From Eledone cirrhosa (Eukaryota): 64,000 nucleotides of DNA. Position numbers and translations under genes: made by a program. The DNA is taken from positions 382,168,001-382,232,000 of the forward strand of contig OZ024740.1 of the NCBI GenBank assembly GCA_964016885.1. The letters are read 5' to 3'. Shown piece by piece: positions 41,648 to 55,385 of the stretch; the first letter of the stretch is position 1; every line of letters starts with the position of its first letter. The notes under the pieces were generated by a model. It was not told the DNA's origin and searched no databases. It saw nothing but the letters and a program-made list of their open reading frames with translations.

Positions 41648-42490
41648 TACTATATTATATTTAGAGATTAAACTCTTAGTCGTTTACAATTAATCAGCTC
41701 AAAGAAAGAGGCATTTCTGAGCAGTGAAATACAAGTTATATATTAATATATATGATAAACACAAAACGTGTTTGTATTGTAACAGACAAAGTTAGCTAGC
41801 AATGAAATAAACTAATTAAAGTGAATACATTTTGTCTGTCTCGATATAAGTCAATAAAGACAAGCTTATATTGGCAAAAGCCGTGATTCCTGGACAAATT
41901 TAAATTTCAAAATCCAAACCCGCTCCGTAGATGAATTTGAACTTCGAAACCCAAATATGTTTCGCAACGATGGTACATGAATTGAAAAATAAAGAGAATC
42001 GAAATGGAATTGAAATAAAAAGTGAAATATCCAAATCTTCTGTGCTTATCAACAGGAATCAAGTAAAATTAGTACATTCCACCTTCAAAAATTTTGCAGG
42101 TCTGATTACACGTGGTGTAGTCAGCTAAACTAGCCACCCCTCATTCCCGGTGCTAGAAATAACAGCCGTTTATACGGGATTAAAGATCAGCTCTACAGTT
42201 AAGGAGCAATATACTATATTATATTTAGAGATTAAACTCTTAGTCGTTTACAATTAATCAGCTCAAAGAAAGAGGCATTTCTGAGCAGTGAAATACAAGT
42301 TATATATTAATATATATGATAAACACAAAACGTGTTTGTATTGTAACAGACAAAGTTAGCTAGCAATGAAATAAACTAATTAAAGTGAATACAATTTGTC
42401 TGTCTCGATATAAGTCAATAAAGACAAGCTTATGTTGGCAAAAGCCGTGATTCCTGGACAAATTTAAATTTCAAAATCCAAACCCGCTCC
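41648..42490. repeat. About 1.5 tandem copies of a 564-bp unit in (TA)n
   Basis: 41648-41926 matches 42212-42490 with few substitutions. Confidence 0.85.
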
Positions 42491-42510
42491 ATATATATTA
42501 ATATATAACT

Positions 42511-42553
<43 letters not shown>

Positions 42554-42583
42554 CACATACTTTACCTATATATCTACATTCAT

Positions 42584-42618
<35 letters not shown>

Positions 42619-42651
42619 ACATACTTTACCTATATATCTACATTCATATAT

Positions 42652-42684
<33 letters not shown>

Positions 42685-42977
42685 GAGAGAGAGATTTTGA
42701 GTATATATTGGTTGTATACCACACCTAAGTATGCAGCCTGGAGCACTCGACGTAGTGCGCAGGTTGGTTTTTCTAAAGACTTTTGAATGAGGAATGTTCT
42801 AACAACTGACCAATGAGAGGAGATGAGGCCCTTTGACACTGAAATTCGTTTGTTTGAATTCATATGATTTCAGTTCCTCAGTGAAATAACAACCCAACAG
42901 GAACTGGTCATATCAGAGTATTGACAAAATTATACACCTCAACAACATATGTACTTGTCTATACCACACTAATTCGG

Positions 42978-43032
42978 ACTGCCTGAAGAGGTCACAGCCA
43001 AAGATGGCTGTCACCGAAATATATATAGCAGT
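42978..43032 (+). ncRNA. Type I hammerhead ribozyme, canonical
   Basis: ACTGC-CTGAAGA-GGT c ACAGCCA aaga TGGCTGT c ACC-GAA-ATA ta TAT-A-GCAGT, followed directly by AATAAA. Confidence 0.85.
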
Positions 43033-45099
43033 AATAAACGAAGCTAAATTTTAAACATTTGAGTTATTTATTTTACTTTATTTTATATATATATATATAT
43101 ATATATACAACTAAAGTTATGTGTTTTAATATGTATAAATCAGCGAACATTTATTGCATAATGAATTTGATAAAATTGTAAAATCCAATATTTTTAACAT
43201 CATCAAATGGGATTTGGATATGTGAATGGGTAGTCAATCTCTTCTAATTTCGCAGTTGGAATAAACCTCGAAAAATACGTATAACTTTCTAAACTAATTT
43301 TATTGAAATGATTCGAATTGTTGCGCAGCATCTGATGAACTATCAAACCTTCTACACTAATTCACTCTGAATATCTTGAAAATTCAATGGATGTAATTTA
43401 GATAGTAAAGAAAATAACATCTCTCTCTTTTCTACAACGATATACGTCAGATGTTGTTTGGGGTGGAAATGGTGATGGAAATTTTCTACAGAGCTCTTTC
43501 CGTACGTTCATTCTTTGCATATTCGAAAACCACTGCGTAACACGAGGCCTACACAATTCCACTCGACAGAAATCTGCAGTGCGATATATGCTACAATTTT
43601 GTTCTTTAGTAAAAGAAAATGAAGCCACGTAATATATATTCTCCTTTTACAAAATAGACTCTATGGTTTGCCTGAAAATGTTCGTGGTCATTTCTTCCTC
43701 CTTTCTTTTCTCTTCTTTCGATCTGTCTCTTTCATGATCACAGGAATCCATTAATGATTTCATAAGCTCTATTGACATATTGATGGAATTTGCAGGATCT
43801 AACTCCTACTGCTATTTTTGTAACACTCACCAGAGGGAGTAAATACATGATTTCAATCTTAGAGTGCTGTCATTTTCAGTTGTTGCTAGTAGATCCTGCA
43901 AACTAACTAAGGCTATTTGGAAGCTTAGTGTATTGGACACGAACATAACGCAGAACTGATTACATAATACAAACCACCAACTCTTTATTTGGTTGTTCAA
44001 TACGTTTTCGAAACATCCATTGGTGCATTCTGGGAAGCCATTACATGTTATAAACAGGATTTTGTTGATGATAAAAACCGAAACCTGAATATTTATATAT
44101 TTCTTGTTGGGCAGCGTTTAACTTTTATTTCTTACTCTGCTGGATGACTACTAATATAGAAAGGAGGAATATTTGTATTGATAAACTATTACTTTGTATA
44201 CATAACTAATCATTACATTCAATATACAGAGGTCATATGTAAAAACAATCCCAGTGAGAATTGTATTCAGAAACGAAATATTTCAGCGTTTTTCTGTTAA
44301 AACAGTCTAGCGAAATGTCACTCTATGTTTTACTGCCAATTGGTTATATATCTGAATAACACTATTTTGTTTACTTGCCTCTTCGTTGTTGTATTTTACT
44401 AGCTGCATTTTTGGAGATGTTTTTGGATGCTGCAATACGAGTTGGAAAAGTGAACGGTTCATATTTTATTGCCTGTATCACAATATGTTTCATGACAAAC
44501 ACACTCGATTCGTATATCATACTGTCCGGTTATTTTTAAACGGTTAGCACAGGATAGAAACAATTCATAACTACATATAGTGGCAACAATATAACATTGA
44601 TCAGTTGAGTGTTTCATTAAGTTCGATTCTTGAGCGGCTAGGGTTGACGAGCTTATTTCAGGTTGCTAGTTTTCTCAAAATGATCAAAGATAATCATTCA
44701 ATGGTGCCATTACGAGACCTCACGCTACAAAACTTAGAATTGAATCATAAAACTATATATTCATAAAAAGATTCATATTGATGTTATTCATTTCAGAATT
44801 CCTACAGTTTTATTAATATCGCAATGAAAATATTCTACATTTAAATGGGAACGAAATCAATTTAAAATTTGACATCCCAATATCTTATAAGATGCCTTTA
44901 TGTTACAGGCGCAAGAAAGGGATATAGGATCGACTATATTTCAGAAGGTTAATAATATTCTGATATGTACACTAAGGTTATGAATAATTCCCCCCTCCCC
45001 CCATTGCTTATTAATCCCGCTTATTAGATTTTGCTAGTCTATCCCCGGCGAAATGTTATTGTAACTGATTCATATTGATACAGCATCTGAAGAATCTAA

Positions 45100-45337
45100 T
45101 AATTGTTTCTACTTTTGGCACAAGGCCAGCAATTACCCAGTACATTATTTTACATTAGAAGAACATTATATATAGGGTCGGACGCTATGCTTGGACGCAT
45201 AGAGTTACGGCCCTTGCCATTCTGAGTTGAAATCCCGCCGAGGTTAACTTTGCCTTTCATCCTTACCGGGTCGATAAAATAAAGTACCAATAATACACTG
45301 GGAAATTGCTGGCCTTGTGCCTAACGTAGAAACAATT
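45100..45337. mobile_element. SINE with an inverted copy of its own 3' end upstream
   Basis: 45172-45337 is a + strand SINE; 45100-45145 is the reverse complement of its tail (AATTGTTTCTACTTTTGGCACAAGGCCAGCAATTACCCAGT). Confidence 0.75.
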
Positions 45338-47165
45338 ATATATGACAAAACAAGAACATTACAAGAAATACTATATTTACGAACGTACATTATGCAGTTA
45401 CCGATTTCCCTCCTCCGGTTTATTCCAACGCTTATAAGAATTTCAGTAAATATCACCACCCAACACGCGGGTTTTTTGGGGGCGGGGGGGGGGGGGGGGC
45501 TTGAGTACATGGATCAAATAATTAATTATGGGACGGTATATTGTAAAATACCCCAGACTTTCGTCACACATCTGTAATGAGTTATACGATTGTAATGCAC
45601 AATCATTGCATATATGTTTCTTTCTATTTTTCCCGTTTTCCTTTTGTATCTGTTTTGCTCAGAAGTATTTTATACACTGTAAAAACACTTTCACTAAAAT
45701 TAAGTTAGACATGGCATGGGCCAATACTGGCTGAAACCTATCAAATTTATCAAAGTTACATATGTATATTTGCACTTACAGAACAGGAATATTTCGAAGA
45801 TCAATAGTATAATTTGTTTTAAATTGAGTGTAATTTCAAAATTGGGAGTTTATATTCATTTTGATTATACACAAGAAAAGCATTAAACTATGTAAAATGG
45901 GACCTATATTTCAGTTAATTACATATCAGTCAATTTTCTAAGTGTTGGCGTTGTTGCAACATTAAGCAGCCAAATTGTGACCCAATCTGGCCTGATTTGG
46001 CTGGCACCTCTTTCTTACTGGATAGGTTCTGCTGTTGGGTATATCTGACCACAACCTTGCATGCCAAAATAACATTCGTCGCATATATAATGATCTTCAA
46101 TATATGTTGAGCTGAAACAGAAATCAAGAGGCAGAAACAAACAATAATCTCATTGTTACTTCTCTTACTACCAGATAACATTATAGTTATTAAACTGTGA
46201 AAACCGAATAATTGGAATGTTGTTGTTGTTGTTACATATAATAACCAATTGGCCGGAGTTCGTCATATGCGTTGTGCTTACGCAAACAGTCAGAAAATCC
46301 TAGGGAATATTTATTCAACTAGATAACTATTTGTTTTAGACCTGCCAGTATGAACTATTGATAAACACATTTATTGACATGGTTTTAACATAAATTTGGA
46401 AACTATTGAATAATTGGTTCCAAATATGTTGATGTAGTATCTTCATATCTATACGTGATATACTGAAAAATGCAACATTCACATACAGGAAGCATGTGTA
46501 TTATAAATTGAGTGACAGAATTTCCACTGAAGGCGATTCGAATATCGCTTTGCCGGTAATTTAGTTTAATTTAGGTAATTTTGTATATGAATTACAGTTT
46601 TTTTACCTTATATATATTTTATTCCAGTAGATGTATGCGTTGCCATATAGGATGATGCCGCATCCCTGTATGTTCGGAATCAAAATCTCGCCTCAGATAT
46701 ATTTACCTCTCATCCTTCAGGTGTCGATAAAATATAATTTAATATAAAGTATAATAGTATTCAAATATAATATCATCAATCAAATGTAAAATCTTTTGGT
46801 AATATAAAAATATTAAAACAAAAGATTCTATATGTGATATTTGGAAGACTTGGAAAGGAGTTTGTTCACATTCGTTTCAGATGTATATATAACGGAAGTT
46901 ACCTGAAATAACTCCGATATGTTCTGAAATGAAAGAACTTGCAGCATCTACTTTTTGGTGTTTATTGGTAAATCCAAATTATTTCCAAACATTGGCAAAA
47001 CGCCATATATTTGTGGGTGAAAAGAATTGTTTATTATTTCATTCTAGTACAGGCATAGTATATATTTTATCGACTGTGAAGCATTAGAGATAACGGTTAC
47101 CCAAATAGGAACTGAACACAGAGTGTGTGGAAATGGGTACATTAAAACCTTAAATATCCATACTG

Positions 47166-47222
<57 letters not shown>

Positions 47223-47487
47223 TATATATATATCGGCAAAATCCATAACTTTTCTAAAAAATTTCAGCATATTTTTCCCTTCTCACTTTCTATTTTAATA
47301 TTCCTCATTCTATCGTTTTACGAAGGACGTGTTCAAAATGAAAATAGACCTTTCCTTTTACAGCAAGCGTTAAACTAATATATTTATTGACTGTATTGAG
47401 CTGCTTATGTGTGTGCGAGTGTTTATATATATATATACATATATATACATATACATTCATATATATTTACATATACATACATATATA

Positions 47488-47527
<40 letters not shown>

Positions 47528-48402
47528 CATATATACATATATATGTATATACATATATATATACATTTATACATATATATATATATATATATACATACAT
47601 ATATTGATATACGTACGTATATATATGTGTGTGTACGTGTATACGGTTCAGAAAGAATATAAGAACTGAACGCGGGATTATATTATAGATATTCGATTTT
47701 TTGTAAGATAGGAAATTTGGCAGGTAGAAAGGTAAATAGTAGCTTCAGTTATTAGACAAGCTGGCAGACATATAGACAAGGGGTACAGTATTTATTATGT
47801 CGACGTAAGTCTGAGAGAAATACTAATGTGAAGAAAGAGAACTTGTTGTTATTGACGATGATGATAATGAAGACGAAGTCATCATTCTGGTGGTAAGATA
47901 AAGGAAAAAGCGGAAGAAGGAGAAAGGTGGAGTAAGATCGAGTTGATGTTAAGTATTATAACGATAATGTACTGGCAGAAGAATGTATATAAACATATAG
48001 AAAGTAGACTATTGATTATCAACATCCAAACAATGTCTGTATTAAGTGAGTCGTAATCAGTTATAATGAAGTATCCCATCTGCGTCTTCTTTTCTCTATC
48101 TGGTTTCATATATTGTCTTTTTCTTCTTACTTGTACCCCTCCGTTTGAAATTTCTCTATCAATCTCACATTATCACAAATGTGTGTGTATGTGTATATAT
48201 ATATATATATATATACGTACGCACATACGTGTCTGTATATACATATAAGTGTGTGTGTGTGTGTAATGAAAGGGAAGAATAACTTTCCTGGTGTTTGGTG
48301 TTCTTTAATAATTCAAAATAGAACACGAACCACCAGTAATGTCGTTCTTAGCCTTTCTTAAATATATCTTACTGTACCAAGGAATTTTACCCGCTTTTTC
48401 CA

Positions 48403-48504
<102 letters not shown>

Positions 48505-49783
48505 ATGTGTGTGTGTGTGTGTGTGTATGTATACATATGTGTGTGTGTGTAACGATGACGCCAGGCAAACAAATCGTAAAATCATTATTCGACTTAATAC
48601 TCGTTACATTAAATAAGGTATAGGACAGATATTTATTACATGTAACGGATAATATAAATATATACATTCAAAAACCTATATGCATATATAATGAATGTAG
48701 ACATGTATACAGCTTTCTAGGTTTATGCTTACATGTGTGCATAATATAAACTGTCTGTATATAAATCTACAATTTCCTCTTTCACTCCCAAACTCTTCAT
48801 TTCTGTATATCTATCTCTCCACTATGTATACAGAATTCAAATTCTTGTAATTCTGTCTGACCCTCTCTTGCTAACTCGGTCCTCATTATTGATAATAAAA
48901 TACAAATTAATCTATTTATCCCCCCCCCCTTTTTCTTACACCAGTGAAAACACGTGTTTTACTATGCATAGTTTTGTGTATGTAGTTTGGATTTATATTG
49001 GACCACCTTCAGTTCTGACGGTGTGTTTCGGCTACTTGAAACCAGAAAAGTCAGTGCAAGTGGCTGAGCATTCCACAGGCACGTATATCCATAACCCAAT
49101 TTTCATTGGAATTCATTGTGATACAGTGGACACTCTGTGTTCCAGGTGCAACTTAGTTTTACCAACTGAGTGGATTCAAGCAATGTTGAATAAAGCGTCA
49201 TGCTCAAACACACAATGCTGCATGCGATCTTGAGCCTATCACACTAACCATTAAACCACACGGCTTCATTTTGTGTATATAAAAATGTATCAATACACGA
49301 GCAAATACAACATATACAAAGGTATGTTTGCTATGAACTTGATGTAATAACAAGATACAATATCGCTACCAAGTAAGTGACGATTCGTCTTATCTGTAGT
49401 TGCTCTTTAGACATATATCCCTTCAAAATAACACATACATTTTTTTTTGGGGGGGGGGGGGGGTTATGTATGATTGATGTTATAGGTAGGTTGGCGTAAT
49501 GGCAACGCGCAGGTTGTCTCTAAGTGAATCATAAAAATTATTCACTTAGAAAGAAAAGCAACTGTTTTCCATATCTTCACATACAGATATGTTCTTACTA
49601 GTATATACCTATATAGTAAATGCGTAAGAAATGTAAGTACGGTTTCTGGTAAATGTTGGGAAAGTGAAAGAATATGGCTTTACAGACGTTAAACCGTCAA
49701 CCGTTTAGCAAAATAGTTTTTTTTTCTCAACCTATTCATTGGTGTGATTATCGGAGAGATTCTATAGCAATGGTGGCATAAAT

Positions 49784-49814
<31 letters not shown>

Positions 49815-50921
49815 TATGGTGGGCTCCATTCAAGTCACACACGATCCTGATGGTAATACGAAGTCAGGTAAATAAAGTTTATCATAAAAAAGGCATCTGT
49901 ACAGTTTCCGTCAACCGATTTTCACTGACATGACTTGGGCTAGCCTGAATATATTTTAAATTGGTATTGAACCCATACCTACATAATTGCAAACAGAACT
50001 TTTTCACTAAACGTGCCTGCCTAGCAAATTAGATCTATGACATCTGTGATCTATTCCGAAATAACAATAAAAGAAACAGTCCATATATCTATATTAAAAG
50101 CCAACATGGCGTGAAATGTCAAGCTTTCCAGAAGGATGGATACATTTTCACTGCTTCATTTATGTATTTTAATCGACACATACCCACAATAAAACTGTAT
50201 TATGTTTCACTTTTATTTTGTATATTACTGTTTATTTACAAATCGCGACATACTACGCTGCTATTATTTTGGTGATATTTAGTGATAGTTAATAGCCATA
50301 GGATTGAAGAATATACGTACTTGGATCACAAATGCAATATATTCTAGACAAAAATCATTGATACTTTTCGCTTAGAAGGTGAATATTCAGTTACTAGTCA
50401 CTAAGAAGCGTCCGAAAATGCATGAAAATGTATCAAGGCAGATACAACGAATTTCATGAAGAAACAAATACACATAGCATATTGTATACGTAAAGTTTAA
50501 AGCTTGGGTTAGCGTCTGATATTTAGGAATAAATATGTCGATGTTCAGTCTCCTGACCGATGTACCAAATGAACAACTCTCGTAGTTTCTATTCTCATAC
50601 TGTCAATCACTATTATAACCATTACAAATATATTCTCCAAATGTGGCAGTGTATTATCACAACTCTTTTCTACATCAGAGAATAAAACTCTCTCCCAAAA
50701 CATTTCTCCAGAATTTCCACAATTCTGAATTACATTCCTATTCATATTTCTTCTCCAGATGTTCAAGTAGAACATCATCTTCACTGATGAAACAAGTGTA
50801 GAATTGTTTGTGAGTAGTCGATGTTACTCCCATGATTTGCGAGTGAGAGAGAAAAAGAAAACAAATAGTAACCAAATGTCGAAGGATATAGAGCAACGCA
50901 GAAATGAGGAAATTCAGAGAA

Positions 50922-50963
<42 letters not shown>

Positions 50964-51032
50964 GTGTGTGTATATATATATATATATACATATGTGTGTA
51001 TATATATATATATATATACATACATATGTGTG

Positions 51033-51070
<38 letters not shown>

Positions 51071-51193
51071 TATATACATATATATGCACATATATATATA
51101 TACATCTCTGAATTTCCTGATTAGAAAGTGAGGTTTTTTTACAAAATGAAAAATAACCGAGGTGTCCTACACGAGTGAAAGTATAAAGAAAAA

Positions 51194-52066
51194 AAGATGA
51201 AATCGAAAATGCAACTGGAGTCTTATTTAAAAAAAAAAATATATATATTTATTTGGTTCCCTTACCGGCTTCGCAGTTCTTCTGCTTTTCAAAAGTAGAG
51301 TTGAGATGGAGGGTCTGTGGTTTTTCTCACATCCGGTTGGTCTTTGAATGTTACTTGTTTTATATGGAAAAAAGTGGCTCGAAACACCAGGTTTTTAGAG
51401 AAGTAATTTGATTGGTTGGTCATAAGTATAATAAATTTCGCGCCAGTTCGCGTTTCAAAGCTCTTCAAACAGGGGGGCTCAGGTTGTTTTTTAATATATG
51501 AGTGTTTGAATTATTTTTTACTTAAAAAAAGGGGCTCACGAAACTTTTTCTAAAAAAATGTAATTTGATTGGTTATAAATGAAATTATTGCTGTCACGTG
51601 AACAAGTTCATTAAAATTTCGCGCCCGTATTTGGGAATTTATTTTGTAGCCTTTTACATAATTTTATGACAATAAAAAAAGTGGCGCTCGAAGGCTTTTT
51701 TAAAAAAATGCAATTTGATTGGTTATAAATGAAATTATGACTGTCACGTGAACAAGTTCCGCGCCCGTATTTGGGAATTTCTTTTGTAGCCATTTAGAGA
51801 ATTTTATGACAAGCAAAAGATAATGGTAAAAAAAAATAGGATGGGAGAATTGTTCTGGTTCAGTGAATATGGCTAGTTCGCTGGGGTGTCAGAGTTCAGA
51901 TTTTCTATTGAAATAAAGAATGTAGACATATGTATGTTTATTTGTGTGTGTGTGTGTATAGGAAGATGATTCTATTTGTAGAAATGGGGGAGGGAGTTGT
52001 GTGTGTGTGTATATGGGTGTTATGAGTGTGTGTGGAGGAGTATGTTAAGATGGAGAGAATATATAT

Positions 52067-52097
<31 letters not shown>

Positions 52098-53460
52098 AGG
52101 AAATTGATTCTATTAGTAGAAATGGGGGAGGGAGTTGTGTTTGTGGTGGAGGGGAGTGTTATGTGTGTGTGTATGGGTGTTATGTGTGAGTGGGAGTATG
52201 GTTAGCATGTTAAGATGAAGAGAATATATATATATTGTGTGTGTGTGTATGTGTGTATAGGAAAATGATTCCGTTAGTAGGAATATTTTTGAATGAACAT
52301 ATTTTCCTTACTTATTCGTATTTGTTCTGTTGTATTGTCAGCGCAAACGTATGTTAAGGTTTATTTAGTTCGGGTTTTTATTTTTTAAGTAGAAGGTGTT
52401 ATGTGTGTGTATGTTTCTGTTTGGGTGGTTAGCATGTTATGGTGTTGACATAATGTATATTAAACCATATTTAATACTGGTCTATATTTTTGAATAAACA
52501 TATTTTCCTTATTTATTCGTATTTGTTCTGTTGTATTGTCAGCGCAAAGGTAAAATGGGAAAACTTGGAATTTGGGTGTCTTATTACTTGCGCAAATGTC
52601 TAGATATGCGCTTAGTGGTATCTGTCTCGTGGTTGGATCTCGTAATTGTTGGCGATGAACTGTCATTCTATTTCTGAGTGTGAGTTTAGTTTGTCCTATA
52701 TAATCTTCATTGCATCCTTTACATTTAATGGCATAAACTAGATTTTTTGATGAGCAAGTGAAGTGACTTCTTACAGCAAAATGTTGTCCTGATTTAAATG
52801 TATACGTGTTTCCTTCAATGAGATGAGTGCAGGTTCCAAAATTAGAGCGACCACATTTTTTGACAGTTGGTTGTGGGTTTGTGGTAGGTCATTTGTGGTA
52901 GGTGAACTTGTTCACGTGACAGCCATACTTTCATTTATAACCAATCAAATTACATTAAAAAAAATAAATAAAACCCTTCGTGAGCCACTTTTTTATCGTC
53001 ATAAAATACTGTAAAAGGCTACAAAATAAATTCCCAAATACGGGCGCGAAATTTTAATGAACTTCTTCACGTGACAGCATAATTTCATTTATAACCAATC
53101 AAATTACATTTTTTTAGAAAAAGCCTTCGTGAGCCCCCTTTTTTTAAAGTAAAAAGTAATTCAAACACTCATATATGAAAAAACAACCAGAGAACTTTGT
53201 AGCGCGAACTGGCGCGAAATTTATTATACTTATTGACCAACCAATCAAATTTTTCTCTAAAAACCTGGCGTTTCGAGCCACTTTTTTCCATATAAAACAA
53301 GTAACATTCAAAGACCAACCGGATGTGAGAAAAAACACAGATCCTCCATCTCAACTCTACTTTTGAAAGGCAGAAGAACTGCGACACCGGTAAAGGAACC
53401 AAATAAATATAAATATATTTTTAAAAAATAAGACTCCAGTTGCATTTTCGATTTCATCTT
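51194..53460 (-). mobile_element. 5'-truncated Penelope-like element with an inverted pLTR copy
   Basis: About 560-bp inverted arms (51194-51759 and 52904-53460) enclosing a GIY-YIG remnant. The arms contain internal ~150-bp repeats and decayed HHRs. Confidence 0.8.
52460..52862 (-). pseudogene. PLE GIY-YIG endonuclease C-terminal domain
   Basis: CGRSNFGTCTHL...FTCSSKNLVYAIKCKGCNEDYIGQTKLTLRNRMTVHR...RINKENMFIQKYRPVLN*. Confidence 0.88.
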
Positions 53461-53488
53461 TCTTTCTTTATATATATATATATATCTT

Positions 53489-53526
<38 letters not shown>

Positions 53527-54759
53527 CACTCATATATATATTTACACACACACACACACACACACACATACAAACGCGCGCGCGCGCACACGCACATATA
53601 TATAAATATATATATGTATATTTATTAAAATAACAGATTAAAGTTTAAGCAAAGAATCGCTGCTTTCACCCTTAACGGGATCTTCTGAAACTAAAAAAAT
53701 CAATCTGTGAACGCAGAAGCAAATATTTCGAAAAATGTTGCAACCGAAGGAAGACAGGAACGATACTTTGGTTCGTGGAAACGTTTCCTGGCAAAGAACG
53801 GAAAAAAACGAAGATAATACTTCATTATTTGGAACGTGAAAACAATTACACGCAAAGAAAAACCACATTTATGCTATATATGAAGTCGTATACTAATATT
53901 CTATTAGGTCGTTCGAGGATGCGTTCTCTGGCAAAGAACGGAAAAAACGAAGATAATACGTCATAATATGGAGCGGTGAGAACAATTACATGCAAAGAGA
54001 AAACCACGTTTATGGTATAACTGAAGTCGTAGACTAACATTCTATTTAGGAAACTGAATGATTCTCGGCTTCAGAGTTAAGAATAATGTAAATGAATTAC
54101 AGAGCTAATTGAAATCAACAAAAATTAAATATATGCATGCACGCATCCATATACACATGCGTACGCGAAAACACCCGCCATGATTATGCAAATACAAGCA
54201 CGTACACACAAAAAACACGCACGGACACACAGAACCCACGCAACGCCTGTACCTGCACACATACGAACGTATACACCAAATACACATAACAATATATATA
54301 AAAAAATATATATATGTTTGTGTGTGTGTGCGTGTATACATATAATTATATAAATATACACACATAAATAGGTATATAACGCGCGCACACACATACCTAC
54401 GTGTGAATACATATATGTTCGTTAAACGTACGTCAACCAAAACACAAAGTGCACATATACGCACGCACGCACATACGTACGACCCCGCATACTCACACAT
54501 ACCGAAAACTCACTTATACACATAACCATATGCACATGTACCAGTATATATAATATAATATATACGCCTATAACATATACAAGGAAATATATGTACCAGA
54601 AAGTATACGTACCTTCACAAAACATACAGGTAATATATACTTACCTATACAAATAAGTAATGGTATAAACATAACATATACTTAGCTACCAGATCAAGAC
54701 GTAAAATATCTGCGTATAATTCGTACTATCCGTTAGGGTATAATGTGGGGCTGTAATAC

Positions 54760-55172
54760 AGGAAAGTTTTGTGTAATTTATATTTACAAGTCGAAATTGC
54801 CTCAGATTTTTTGTTTAAGATGTGGTCTTTGGCGTAGAGTCTTTCCAGGGCTTCAGCGGCGCAGAGATCACATGGTTTTTATTTCCATTATACGATCTAG
54901 CCCTAGCTTGGATCTCCCAGTGTAACTTATATTGGGTGTAGTTGTCTTTTAGACTCCAAATATAAGCTGAAAGTGACGTCATATTCCTTCTTAAAGGGTT
55001 AAGAAAAGAATGGGCATGCATGTAAAGATGCTGCTTGAATCTATTGGCGGTTAACCCTATGTAGGCCCTACGGGACGTGGGTGTTACAACCTTACATTTG
55101 TAGACAATGTTACTAGAGAGGAATTTCCCGGAAAGGGGCAGTCAACCCGATTCCTACAATTACAGTTAGTAC
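54760..55172 (-). pseudogene. PLE GIY-YIG remnant of a second clade (Naiad/Chlamys-like)
   Basis: CNCRNRVDCP, NIVYKCKV...AYIGLTANRFKQH..H..SF...TSLSAYIWSLKD...HWEI, frameshifted. Confidence 0.8.
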
Positions 55173-55287
55173 TAGCTACAGGGTTGCCTATGTTCCTACG
55201 GCTAGGTATACATCCCCACTCTCACAAGCGTGAACCTAATAAACTCATATTTGTACTGCCTCTCTGTTTTTGTTCATGTCTAAGATT

Positions 55288-55385
<98 letters not shown>

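Noticed and set aside
50770-50890. CTGATGA at 50783 and a possible piggyBac remnant at 50330-50790 (minus)
   Set aside because: No consistent stems for an HHR, and the transposase similarity (VIDSMRIETTR) is too short to support.
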